A DNA stretch of 64,000 nucleotides from Lama guanicoe (taxonomy: Eukaryota): the NCBI GenBank assembly GCA_013239625.1, contig MU054026.1:930001-994000 (forward strand). Reading direction: 5' to 3'. The notes under the pieces were generated by a model. It ran no database searches. It was given only the letters and a program-made list of their open reading frames with translations, and had not been told where the DNA came from. This document shows positions 1-12,275 of the stretch, in pieces. The position numbers and the translations under genes are program-made. Every line of letters starts with the position of its first letter. Positions within the stretch are counted from its first letter, which is position 1.

Positions 1-260
1 CCATCAATGAATTTGATTAAAAAATGTACATTAATACAATAGAAAACTGTTCAATGCAAATGAATAAAATGATGTTACATGCAACCTAGATACGTTTTGT
101 AAATGTAATAATGTTTAGAGAAAGAAATCAGATCCAAGAAATATTTTTATCAACCTTTTAATTTTAGAATACTTTTATATTTATAGAACTGTAACAAAGA
201 TAGTATATATAGTTCCCAGTGTTCTACATCCAAGTTTTCCTATTGTTATATTATTATGGG
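1..260. mobile_element. Degraded old LINE-1 (L1M) 3'-end fragments: + strand about 1-145, - strand about 150-260
   Basis: Resembles the L1 ORF2 end/3'UTR (ccatcaatgaatttgattaaaaaatgtac...gaaagaaatcagat) followed by an inverted L1MC-like 3' terminus; heavily diverged. Confidence 0.5.
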
Positions 261-274
261 ACACTCATTCATGA

Positions 275-667
275 AAATCATTTATGAAAAGAAGAGTCAA
301 TTGATGTGGGGAGCTTCATTGTTGCTTTATTTTAAGAAATTGTTGCAGCCACCTCAACCCCCAGCAATCACCACCCTGAGCAGCCATCAAAATTAAGGGA
401 AAACTCTTCACTAGTAAAACGATTATGACTTACAAACGGCTCAGATGGTGGTTAGATTTTTTTTCTTTTTTTAAAAAAATAAAACACTTTAAAATTAAGG
501 CATATTTTTTTCCTACATAATGCTATTGAACACTTAATAGATGACAGTATATTGTAAACATAACTTTTATATGCACTGGGAAACCACAAAATTTGTGTGA
601 CAGTTTTTGTAGTTGAATTAATGCAGTGGTTTGGAATCAAACCCTCAGGATCTCCAAGGTATGCCTG
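275..667 (+). mobile_element. Tigger1 (TcMar-Tigger) DNA transposon, 3' end
   Basis: Matches the recalled Tigger1 terminus: 'aagagtcaattgatg...cagccacctcaacc...acataacttttatatgcactgggaaacca...tctccaaggtatgcctg'. Confidence 0.9.
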
Positions 668-869
668 TCCAGTACTATTTCCATAGCTATATTTTAACAT
701 CCACAGTAAATATAGGACGTGTAAAGTTTCTAAATAGACTCAGATTACTTCAGATCCATCACAAAACGAATTGATTCTTGTCAGATTTTACAAACGAATA
801 CATTAAGAAAAAAACTTTATTTGTCATATTATTTACATTTCTGAAATCCAATAACATGTTCTGGACTTG

Positions 870-1290
870 TGTTTTTAGTGAGAAAGTTCAGCATCATAAA
901 GATTAAAAATTATCCCAAATTAACGTATAATTTCAATACAAATACATTCGAATCCCGAAATGTTTTGAATCACTGAATGTCATACAGAGATACTAAAATT
1001 AATAAGGAACAATAAAGGTAAAGATAAGAAAAAAAATTTGAAAAGGAGGCTAGAAGGAAACGAACAATAGGAATGATTTTGGACTGACCCCGTTCAGGCT
1101 CACTGTAAAGCGACAGCAGTGTAGGCAGTAGGGTATTAGTTAAGAGCTGGACGATAGCAATACAACGCATTAAAGAGCCAAGAAACATGACCAAAATATG
1201 TTTGAGAGTTTGATATATTGTTGGGGTGGCATTCCAAATCAGTGGGGAAATGAAAGCACATTCAATTGTACACTGACATTGAGTTATCAT
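870..1290 (+). mobile_element. Highly degraded old L1 ORF2 fragment
   Basis: Residual similarity to the L1 ORF2 region '[21 protein letters not shown]...'; no open frame. Confidence 0.4.
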
Positions 1291-2374
1291 TTTGGATTAT
1301 TTGTGATGTATTAGAGATTATTTCCAGCAGCACAGAAAGGCCATTTTCCTTTGGGGAGAGTAAAAGTAGAAAGGGATTGGAGTTAAGTCTTTAATGAAAT
1401 ATATAATGTTTTTATACATTTGAAAAATTTCTGTATACAAATATACACATATATTTATGTTTTCCAATTATAAAAATGTAACATCACAAATAAATTATTG
1501 GAAAAATCAAATTTCATGTTCTTATTGAAATGATATACAGCAAAACAGCACCTTAATAGATGACATAACTGCATATTTTATTATTTGTAGCAGGATGAAG
1601 AATATGTATTTAACTGCGACCACTCATTACTTTGGGAGGTAACTTAGGAATCATGAACCCTCTATTTCAAAGCATGAAATGTAGTTGTATATATCCTTAG
1701 ATCCATTACCAGGTTATTAATTCCATGTTATTTAATTTAATGACTCAGTAATTTTCACATTCATTATAATGAAGTCTAAATGGAAATTAAATTTAGTAAA
1801 ATATTTTATCTCTTCTATATGTCCTCTGAAAAATTCTTATTAAATCACTGACCCAAAGTTTTATATTTTAAGACAAAGATTAACATGAAAGCATATTTTA
1901 AAAATACATTTTTATATTTCCATAAATTCTGTCTCACATCTTTATTGACAAATCATACACTATTCTTCCCTTTAACCTTGAGTTTTATATACCATAACTT
2001 CATTGGAAAAACGTGAGCCCAAACATGTAAGAAAAAGTAGGTTCAAGAAGCATTAATTTTTACAGATTTCTGGGCTTTTTGCTTGATAATGAGGTCATTT
2101 GAAAGGCCATAAATATTGCAATAGTATTGAGAGTAATTTTTTTTTTAGTCCACTAGTGGTGTTCTGACTAGTTCAGAACCAGCCTGTGTGACAAGCAGTA
2201 ATAGCTTTCAAATCAGAGTTCAAAACCAAGGTAATTAACATATTCTTCTAAGATATTATATCTTGTCTGTACAAATGTCAAGTAAAATTAAATATTTGTA
2301 AGTCACAAATATTCACCTGTATTATAAAGTAACTGCTGAGAAAGAAAACATAGTTTTAGAAGGGAACTAATTTT

Positions 2375-2470
2375 TTTTAATTTACCAAATGAAGAGTTTT
2401 AGGCCCAGAAAGCTTAAGCAAATGGTTCAAGGTCACACATCTAATTAAGTAAAACAACCATTCAATTTTA
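2375..2470 (-). mobile_element. MIR SINE fragment
   Basis: MIR core in reverse: 'aaatgaagagttttaggcccagaaagcttaagcaaatggttcaaggtcacacatcta'. Confidence 0.6.
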
Positions 2471-2543
2471 TTCTCTTCCATTGTTTCCAGTCCTTCTTGC
2501 TATTTCTCAAGAGGTCGTTTCACTTCCCTTTGCCAATAGCCCG

Positions 2544-2610
2544 TATATATTTTATATATATATATGTGTGTGTGTGTGTATATATATATATATGTATACA
2601 TATACATATG
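2544..2610. repeat. Compound (TA)n/(TG)n microsatellite
   Basis: Read directly from the sequence. Confidence 0.9.
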
Positions 2611-2653
2611 AAATAATATATTATTCTGATGTGAGGTGTTATGACAAAATGAC

Positions 2654-2735
2654 TTTTTTTTAAAATTTTTTATTGAGTTATAGTCAGTTTACAATGTTGT
2701 GTCAATTTCCAGGGTAGAGCACAATTTTTCAGTGA
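2654..2735 (-). mobile_element. Very short lineage-specific L1 3'-end insertion
   Basis: Poly(T) followed by 'tttattgagttatagtcagtttacaatgttgtgtcaatttcc...gcacaatttttcagt', matching the 3' terminus of the L1s at 6803 and 11325. Confidence 0.8.
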
Positions 2736-3049
2736 TATAATGAATCTTAAATGGTAAAAAAAAATGGCATAGACTATTTTATATTACATTTATATAAAGG
2801 TAAATTTTTAAGTAAGTGTAGAAACTTAGGAAAAACTAAATATTGTGGAAAGATTATTTTGGGGGGAAGAAACACTTAGTACAGATACTAGCCCGCCGTG
2901 CCCCTCCATCACAAAGGAGGGAAGTTTGCGATTGTATGCACCACCTGGAGTCCTTTGGAAAGCATTGGAAGGGAAAAAAAAGAGGAATAAAGAAAAATGT
3001 TTCATAGAAGTAACAGAAAATTTCAATAACCCAGGAAAGCCATCTTTGT

Positions 3050-4020
3050 AATTCATGCGACCTTTTCCACCAAGGAACAGCACCGTGTAAAAATGTGCCA
3101 GGTACTCCCTGAGATGCCATTTCCCATCTGCCAGAGGGGGTGTCTGAGCGGCACAGGGGGTTGCATGGCTTCCGCAGCACGGGGGCAAGCAGAGCGTGTT
3201 CCAGTCTGGTCCCAGCTGCGAGCGGGAGAGGCGAGCACGCTGGCCGATGAGAGATCCGTTCCCGACAATCTGCTGACTTCAGGAGCGTCAATGCTCTTTA
3301 CGCCTTTTTATCTTACACCGGAGCTCAGTAAAAATAAGCTAAATTAAATTATTGTAAAGGTCTTCGTGGTCATGGAGGCTGTCTGGTAAACTATATAAAT
3401 CCTCATATCATAAAAGGAAACGGATACTGCCCTTCTGTAACTGCTAACCTTGAACAAGGAAAGGTTGGCAGAAAGATGGATCTGGCTCCTCCAGGAGAAG
3501 CTTTATCAGCAACTGCCTTAACGGCTAAGCCTACTGGGCACTGTGAAAACATTTAGCGTACAGAACAAACTCCTTGGCAATTGTTTTATTTTATTTTTTT
3601 AACATCTCCCTGTCTGTGTTTCACTTCATTCTAACCTATGCAGCTATTAATTTTCATTATGTAGCCTACATCATCAACATTACAGGGATCATAGTTTCCT
3701 GGGAAACTTCGGACCAAAACATCTTATTTGAAGGAAAAGCTACCCAGACTTAGATTGTTTCGTTTTTCACTTTGTTTAGGTGCAGAATTGGTTTTGATCA
3801 TTTTAACCATATGAGTAGCCTTGCCAGTTTCCTTGAACAGCTTCAATGAACGTTCTTTAATTTATTTATTTATTCATTTAATTTGCAAGTCACTTTTTTT
3901 TTTATTTTTCTAAGTCACCTTCCATTTAAAGGTAAGTATATAAATGTCATCTCAAACTCCTGGTGAGCACAGGCAAGAATCTTCCACCCTCAGCCGCAGT
4001 CACTGACACGTGGGAAAGTC
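3050..4020. promoter_or_regulatory. CpG-enriched, non-repeat, promoter/enhancer-like island
   Basis: 16 CpGs in about 265 bp (3056-3322) against a CpG-depleted background. TATA-like ctatataaat at 3391-3400, donor-like AAG|GTAAGT at 3931/3932, and overlapping CACGTG/CGTGGGAA at 4007-4016. Confidence 0.4.
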
Positions 4021-4961
4021 GTTCTTCATGGACCAAAGCCTGGGCTTACAGAATGGTCATCCTGGTGCGTTCCTTCTGCCCTGCTAGCTTTCTCCAATTC
4101 TTTTTTTGATGGTTGAACAACAAGTCTGTGACCTAAGCAGAGGTTCAACTGGAGAAGAGATGTTAGCCTCTTTTAGCAGGTACTTCTGCCTTTTATGAGC
4201 AATTATGTTGAAGCCTCGTTCCGTCGTCTTGGCAAGGGAGAGTGCAACCATCCTCTAACCATCTCTGTGCCAAGGAGAAGGAAAAGCACTCCACACCTTG
4301 GCTTCAAGAACACCAATTCTTGCTACTCTTCCATAATAATTTCCAAGCCCTTGAAATTTTCCTTTATGGATTAGGAAGGAGGTGGAGATTGGGAAAAGGT
4401 GGGGGTAGGACTCAACAAAGCCATTTTGATCGCCCGTTTGTCTGGGGCCGTCGTTACAACGTGGAGTAGCCTTTACACCTTACAACCTATAACTTCTCTA
4501 CACAAATCTTTCCATTTTGCTTTTCTCTCCCTTTAGTAAGCCTTCCATTTTCCTTCTTGTCTACCTCTTCCAGACCTACTCAAGTCTTCACAGACCACCC
4601 AGTGTATGGTGATCTCTGTGGCCTCTGCTTCGCACTGCAACTTGTCACACGTAAGGGATGTTTATGGCCCTTACAATTTAGTTGTTGTATCTTACCAACC
4701 AAACTAAAAGGTGGCTGAACAGAAATCATATCTTGTCCATTTTAATTCTCACTGTGCTTAGGCTTAAACTTTGCTGGTGGAAGATGCTCATTGAATATTT
4801 ACTCTTATTGATGGTGATAACAGCATCCCATAAACAGTCATTGGGAGACACAGAGTCCATTATACTAAGTCCACCAAACTGCAGTTCCAGAAGCCAGGAT
4901 ATTACTTCCAGCTTTATTTGGGCCATAATGTGGCTTCCAGCATGACACGATAAAATGTTGC

Positions 4962-5155
4962 CATAGTGGATAAGAGCATCGATTCTGGAATCAGATTACC
5001 GAGATCCAAATTCTGGCTATAGCATTTCTCAGCCACAGGCTCTAGGAGAGTTGTTTAGCCTTTCCTGCTTCAATGTACTTATCTTTAAGATCCCACATCA
5101 TAGAATTTTTAATAGAATTCAGTGAACTATTACATGAAAATTACTTAGTATAGCT
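4962..5155 (+). mobile_element. MIR SINE
   Basis: 'agtggataagagcatcgattctggaatcagattacc...tttagcctttcctgcttcaatgtacttatct' follows the MIR head and core. Confidence 0.7.
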
Positions 5156-5254
5156 TCTTTTTTCAATGCCTGGAAAGATTTGAGGAAATTTTCATATTTT
5201 TTAGCTCACATTTTGACTCTGCTTAAATTTTTTTCTACTTCTCACCATGACTAA

Positions 5255-5737
5255 AAACCCAACATGATGTGACCTCTGTCTACTTCCCCAAGCCCAACTG
5301 ACACCACTCTACCCCACCTCATTACACTCAACCATACGCTGCTACACACGCCCAGTGTAATCGTGCCTTCAAGTATTTGCACACAGTGTTTCCTCTGCCT
5401 GGCATGTCCTCCCCTAGTAATTTCCTTAGCTGTTTTCTTTTCATCATTCATGTCCCAGGCTAAGTGTCACCTCCACTGAGACACTTTTCCTTACTATTTT
5501 TTTAAATATTCTGCATGTTGCCAATGACTCCATCCCATTATTCTCTCTTATTTCTTTTCTGGCACTTCATTACTCTCTGAAGCCGTCTTATTAAGTTGTT
5601 CGTGTGTTTATTTTCTGTCTCCTCCAGGACAGTGTAAGCTGTGTTACTGCAGGGGTTTCGTCAGTCCTGTTCACTTCTGTACCCGATCCCCAGCATCATG
5701 GCTGGCTTTTAGTAGGCACTCAATATTTGTAGGATGA
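5255..5737 (+). mobile_element. LINE-2 (L2a-like) 3' end
   Basis: Typical L2 tail: 'tgtaagct...gtcctgttcact...tagtaggcactcaatatttgtaggatga'. Confidence 0.75.
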
Positions 5738-6468
5738 CGCTGCTGGAAACCTGGCCATGGGAATACAGCTGGAGTTACAATAAATAGGGGAGCAAGATGG
5801 CAGCCAGAGCAGTAGAAAAATGAAAAGGAACGATCTGATCTGATCACTGTGATCAGTGCCACGACAGTGGTTAGCACAGGGTATTATGGTTCTCGGCTTC
5901 CTGAGAGAGGAAGCCTTCATACGAGGTCTGAATGAAAAGTAAGATTTACTTTAGGTTACTGAGAGGAAGTTTGGTGTTTGAGAAGCAGAAGGAGTCTCAG
6001 ATAGAAAGACTAACCATGGCCTTAGGCAGAGTGATAATGGCACTTTGGTAGGATCATCTGTAGCAAATGTGGTTTAGATCAGAGCATGAAGAAGGAAGGA
6101 GTGGGTGAGAGAAAAAAAAGACAATCAGAAGACATTAATGAACTTAAATGCCTCATTTACTTAAATTCATATATAAAAAAATGTTTGGCACCTATCAGTT
6201 GAGTAATAGTAATAACAATACCATTTCTGGAGTGCCTACTTCTGTGCAAGGAACTGTAAAATGTTTTCTCTCTCCTGCTGTTCTGGAGAGAGATTGGTTG
6301 AATGGGGAGAAAAACAGGATGGAATAAATTAAGTGGTAGCTAGTTCTTCTAAGGTAAAGGATGCTAGTGGCTCTATGTGAAGGGTCTAGACTGCTTTGTA
6401 CAAGAGACATTTGAAGCCTCCAAGGCCTTGTGCATTTCATCCAAGAAAGTGATGTTCTAGGGGGAAAG

Positions 6469-6482
6469 GTTGCCATGGCAGC
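6469..6482. promoter_or_regulatory. Near-consensus RFX X-box (GTTGCCATGGCAGC)
   Basis: 13/14 match to the palindrome GTTGCCATGGCAAC; a further half-site GTTGCTATG begins at 6488. Confidence 0.45.
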
Positions 6483-6802
6483 CAGCAGTTGCTATGAAGG
6501 GATAAGAAGAGAAAGTTAATGCTAAATATTTTGCTAACTGCAATATCTGGCTGCTTCTCTGAATTTTTCTCCTAAGAAAAATTTATTTTTTAAATATCTT
6601 CTTAAAATTATAAACCAATAAACTTAAACAGTATATGAAACATACACACAGGAATATGTATGTATGTGTATACATATCTGTGCATGTCTATGGATATCAT
6701 CATATATTTGCACTAATAAATAAATGTGTGTATTTGATGTATATTAAATGAATGGTTCTCCCTAACCATATGGGAATTAGTTACTACAAAAAGCTGTTTT
6801 CT

Positions 6803-9800
6803 TTTTTTTAACATTTTTTATTGATTTATAATCATTTTACAATGTTGTGTCAAATTCCAGTGTTCAGCACAATTTTTCAGTCATACATGGACATATACAC
6901 ACTCATTGTCACCTTTTTTTCTCTGTGAGTTATCATAACATTTTGTGTATATTTCCCTGTGCTATACAGTGTAATCTTGTTTATCTATTCTACAACTTTG
7001 AAATCCCAGTCTATCCCTTCCCACCCTCCACCCCCCTGGCAACCACAAGTCTGTATTCTCTGTCTGTGAGTCTATTTCTGTCCTGTATTTATGCTTTGTT
7101 TTTGTTTGTTTGTTTGTTTTTGTTTTTGTTTTTTAGATTCCACATATGAGCGATCTCATATGGTATTTTTCTTTCTCTTTCTGGCTTACTTCACTTAGAA
7201 TGACATTCTCCAGGAGCATCCATGTTGCTGCAAATGGCATTATGTTGTCGGTTTTTATGGCTGAGTAGTATTCCATTGTATAAATATACCACCTCTTCTT
7301 TATCCAGTCACCTGTTGATGGACATTTAGGTTGTTTCCATGTTTTGGCTATTGTAAATAGTGCTGCTATGAACATTGGGGTCAGGTGTCATCCTGAAGTA
7401 GGGTTCCTTCTGGATACAAGCCCAGGAGTGGGATTCCTGGGTCATAGGGTAAGTCTATTCCTAGTCTTTTGAGGAATCTCCACACTGTTTTCCATAGTGG
7501 CTGCACCAAACTGCATTCCCACCAGCAGTGTAGGAGGGTTCCCCTTTCTCCACAGCCTCTCCAGCATTTGTCATTTTTGGATTTTTGAATGACGGCCATT
7601 CTGACTGGTGTGAGGTGATACCTCATTGTAGTTTTGATTTGCATTTCTCTGATAATTAGTGATATTGAACATTTTTTCATGTGCTTTTTGATCATTTGTA
7701 TGTCTTCCTTGGAGAATTGCTTGTTTAGGTCTTCTGCCCATTTTTGGATTGGGTTGTTTATTTTTTTCTTATTGAGTCGTATGAGCTGCTTATATATTTT
7801 GGAGATCAAGCCTTTGTCGGTTTCACTTGCAAAAATTTTCTCCCATTCCGTAGGTTTTCTTCTTGTTTTATTTCTGGTTTCCTTTGCTCTGCAGAAGCTT
7901 GTAAGTTTCATTAGGTCCCATTTGTTTATTCTTGCTTTTATTTCTTCTAGGAGAAAATTTTTGAAATGTATGTCAGATAATGTTTTGCCTATGTTTTCCT
8001 CTAGGAGGTTTATTGTATCTTGTCTTATGTTTAAGTCTTTAATCCATTTTGAGTTGATTTTTGTATATGGTGTAAGGGTGTGTTCTAGCTTCATTGTTTT
8101 ACATGCTGCTGTCCAGTTTTCCCAACACCATTTGCTGAAGAGACTGTCTTTATTCCATTGTATATTCTTGCCTCCTTTGTCGAAGATGAGTTGACCAAAA
8201 GTTTGTGGGTTCATTTCTGGGCTCTCTATTCTGTTCCATTGGTCTATATGTCTGTTTTGGTACCAATACCATGCTGTCTTGATGACTGTAGCTCTATAGT
8301 ATTGTCTGAAGTCTGGGAGAGTTATTCCTCCAGCCTCTTTCTTTCTCTTCAGTAATGCTTTAGCAATTCTAGGTCTTTGATGGTTCCATATAAATTTTAT
8401 TATGATTTGTTCTAGTTCTGTGAAATATGTCCTGGGTAATTGGATAGGGATTGCATTAAATCTGTAGATTGCCTTGGGCAGTGTGACCATTTTAACAATA
8501 TTGATTCTTCCAATCCAAGAGCATGGAATATCTTTCCATTTTTTAAAGTCTTCTTTAATTTCCTTCATCAATGGTTTATAGTTTTCTGTGTATAATTCTT
8601 TCACCTCCTTGGTTAGATTTATTCCCAGATATTTTATTACTTTGGGTGCTATTTTAAAGGGGATTGTTTCTTTACTTTCTTTTTCTGTTGATTTATCGTT
8701 AGTGTAAAGAAATGCAACTGATTTTTGAACATTAATTTTGTAACCTGCTACCTTGCTGAATTCTTCGATCAGCTCTAGTAGCTTTTTTGTGGACCTTTTA
8801 GGGTTTTCTATATATAGTAACATGTCGTCAGCATATAATGACACTTTTACCTCTTCTTTTCCAATTTGGATCCCTTTTATTTCTTTCTCTTGCCTGATTG
8901 CTGTGGCTAGGACTTCCAGGACTATATTGAATAGGAGTGGTGATAGTGGGCATCCTTGTCTTGTCCCAGATTTTAGTGGGAAGCTTTTGAGTTTTTCACC
9001 GTTGAGAACTATGCTGGCTATAGGTTTGTCATATATAGCTTTTATTATGTTGAGATATGTTCCCTCTATACCCACTTTGGCGAGAGTTTTTATCATAAAT
9101 GGGTGTTGAATTTTATCAAATGCTTTTTCTGCATCGATTGAGATGATCATGTGGTTTTTGTCCTTTCTCTTGTTGATGTGATGTATTACATTGATTGATT
9201 TGCGTATGTTGAACCAGCCTTGTGTCCCTGGGATGAACCCCACTTGGTCATGATGTATAATCTTTTTTATGTGTTGTTGGATTCTATTTGCTAAAATTTT
9301 GGTGAGGATTTTGGCGTCTATGTTCATCAGTGATATTGGCCTATAATTCTCTTTTTTTGTAGTGTCTTTGCCTGGTTTTGGTATCAGGGTGATGGTGGCT
9401 TCATAGAATGAGTTTGGGAGTATTCCCTCCTTTTCAATCGTCTGGAAGAGTTTGAGAAGGACTGGTATGAGTTCTTCTTTGTATGTTTGGTAGAATTCCC
9501 CGGTGAAGCCGTCCGGTCCTGGACTTTTATTTGTAGGGAGGTTTTTAATTGCTATTTCTATTTCCTTTCTAGTGATCGGATTGTTCAAGTGTTCAGTTTC
9601 TTCTTGATTCAGTTTTGGTGGACAGTATGTTTCCAGAAACTTGTCCATCTCCTCTAGGTTATCCAGTTTGGTTCCATATAGTTTTTCATAATATTCTCGT
9701 ATGATATTCTGTATTTCTATTTTGTTTGTTGTAATTTCTCCATTTTCCTTTCTTATTTTGCTAATTTGTGCTCTCTCTTTTTTCTTCTTTGTGAGTTTGG

Positions 9801-10089
9801 CCAGAGGTTTGTCGATTTTATTTACTTTTTCAAAAAACCAGCTTTTGGTTTGGTTGATTTTTTCTATGGTCTTGTTAATCTCTATTGTATTTAATTCCTC
9901 TCTGATCTTTATTATTTCCTTCCTTCTGCTGCTTTTTGGGGCTTTTTGTTCTTCTTTTTCTAATTGATTCAGGTGGTGGGTTAACTTGTTTATTTGAGAT
10001 TGTTCTTTTTTGAGGAAGGCCTGTATCGCTATAAACTTCCCTCTTAGCACTGCCTTTGCTGTGTCCCATAGGTTTTGAGTGGTTGTGTG
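6803..10089 (-). mobile_element. Young 5'-truncated LINE-1 (3.3 kb) with perfect TSDs
   Basis: Identical 14-bp TSD AAAAGCTGTTTTCT at 6789-6802 and 10090-10103. The right flank TTCT/AA fits the L1 endonuclease site. T-rich tail and 3'UTR at about 6803-7132, with long open ORF2. Confidence 0.97.
7133..10089 (-). pseudogene. LINE-1 ORF2p remnant: RT and Cys-rich domains, no endonuclease domain, one frameshift near 7381
   Basis: The 889-aa ORF (7381-10050) has the Z region (KSPGPDGF), RT motifs QGCPLSP and YADD (8824-8835), and [18 protein letters not shown]. The last ~80 aa lie in another frame (7133-7375). Confidence 0.95.
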
Positions 10090-11324
10090 AAAAGCTGTTT
10101 TCTAAGTGGCCAGACATTGTACTCTTTAAGCACCAAAAATATTTTAATGATTAATCCATCACCTAAATAAATTTATATTAGGTATAAATTGAAGAAGAAA
10201 CTTACACATTATACTAATAACACATATAACAATTATAATTAAGTTATCACTAATCTATTAATTATATATATGTTACTACTAGTTGCATAACTATATAATT
10301 TCTGGATCTCCTATAGAATGTAAGACCATGAGAACAATGAATGTTTCGTTTCCAAAAACACCTCAGTGTTTTGCACATGAACCATGTTCAGTCTTTCCTT
10401 TCTGTTCTTTGAATGGGTGGGGGAATAAATGGTTAGAAAGGTGACCGAGAAGGAACCAACAAATTACTACAGCAAACACTCCCATGAGTTAACTAGAGAG
10501 CTCAGAAGCTAGAATCTCACTTGAATTGCTTAAAGTTTTATCTCCTTTCCATTAAGATTTATTTTGAGTGTTTCAAATGCCCTGTTAGCTATACTCTCTG
10601 TGTACATGTGCACTGCAGAATCTCTAAGCAGAAAAAAAACCCAACACAAAACAGGGGCATGGTCATGGCACTTCCTTAAATGGAGTGTAGGGATTACATT
10701 GGCAGATGACTCTGGTGAGGTCCAAAGAAAAGCCAAGGGCATCAGGGTTCCTTTAAGCCCACAGTCAACCTACGTAGCCTTTCGGATTATATTTGGAAAA
10801 GATATGCCATGAAAAGAAGGACAAACCTGAACAAAATAATGCTGCTATAAATTCTAAACGTGGGATCTTTAGAAGACAAAAATGAACCAATGCTCCGTGT
10901 TCTCTGGCTCTACATACAAACAGCTGCAGATTTTTTTTTTGAAAAATGAACAAGCCTGTGCTTATTAGAAATTTAGTTTTCAGTCTTAGCAGAACCATCA
11001 GTGCCCTTGTCAATCATTTTAATTTTATTATTTATTTTTATATATTTTTTAAGCTTTCCTATTTCTCGTTTATTTCTTCAAAATCTTCACTACTCTCCTC
11101 AGGTCTCTGACCCTATCCTCATTTCCAGAAGATCCTCCTGCCCTCTTACTTTACCTCAAAGAGAAAATAAAAGCGTGCAAAAAAAAATGACTTTAATATC
11201 CAGGACTAGCACCTAGAAGCCCATCTGTATTATTAGGTATCTTGTCTTACTCTCCTCAGTCTCAGATGAAGAGAGGTTGTGGATTCTATCAAGCCTAGTG
11301 TCTCCATCTGGGGTCTGAGTCTTC

Positions 11325-12275
11325 TTTTTTTTTTAATTTATTTTTATTGAAGTACAGTCAGTATACAACGTTGTGTCAATTTCTGGTGTGCAGTGCAATC
11401 CTTCAGTCATGTAGGAGCATACATATATTCATTGTCACATTCTTTAATTATTGAATTCAAAGAATTCATGTTATTGAATATCGTTCCCTGTGCTATGCAA
11501 TATAATGTTGCTGTTTATCTATTTTAAATATAATAGTTAATATTTGCAAATATCAAACTCCCAGTTTATGCCTTCCCACCCCCTTTCCCTGCTGGTAACC
11601 GTAAGTTTGTTTTCAGTGTCTGTGAGTCTGTTTGTTTAGTAAGTTTGCCTTTTTTTTTCAGATTCCACATATGAGCGATCTCATATGGTATTTTTCTTTC
11701 TCTTTCTGGCTTGCTTCACTTAGAATGACATTCTCCAGGTCCTCCCATGTTGCTGCAAATGGCAGTATTTTATTCACCATTGTGACTGAGTAGTATTCCA
11801 TTGTATAAATATACCACAACTTCTTTATCCAGTCATCTGTTGATGGACATTTAGGCTGTTTCCATGTCTTGGCTATTGAAAATAGTGCTGCTACGAACAC
11901 TGGGGTGCAGGTGTCATTTTGAAGTAGGGTTCCTTCTGGATGTCTGCCCAGAAGCGGGATTCCTGGGTCATAGGGTAAGTCTATTCCTAGTCTTTTGAGG
12001 AATCTCCACACTGTTTTCCACAGCGGCTGCACCAAACTGCATTCCCACCAGCAGTGTAGGAGGGTTCCCTTTTCTCCACAGCCTCCCCAGCATTTATCAT
12101 TTCTGGACTTTTGAATGATGGCTATTCTAACTGGTGTGAGGTGATACCTCATTGTAGTTTTGATTTGCATTTCTCTGATAACTAGTGATATTGAGCATTT
12201 TTTCATGTGTCTGTTGATCATTCGTATGTCTTCCTTGGAGAATTGCTTGTTTAGGTCTTTTGCCCATTTTTGGAT
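11325..12275 (-). mobile_element. 5'-truncated lineage-specific LINE-1 (about 950 bp), apparently inserted into an L2 remnant
   Basis: Poly(T), 3'UTR and an open 187-aa ORF2 C-terminus (11658-12221) very similar to the copy at 6803. No clear TSD. Confidence 0.93.

Noticed and set aside
2826..3347. Overlapping ORFs of 68-145 aa on both strands in the CpG-rich patch
   Set aside because: Expected in locally GC-rich DNA; no recognisable domain and several rely on non-ATG starts.
7634..9967. + strand ORFs of 65-186 aa (7634-8194, 8158-8355, 8753-9109, 9701-9967)
   Set aside because: Antisense shadows of L1 ORF2 caused by its A-rich codon usage; no independent evidence of coding.
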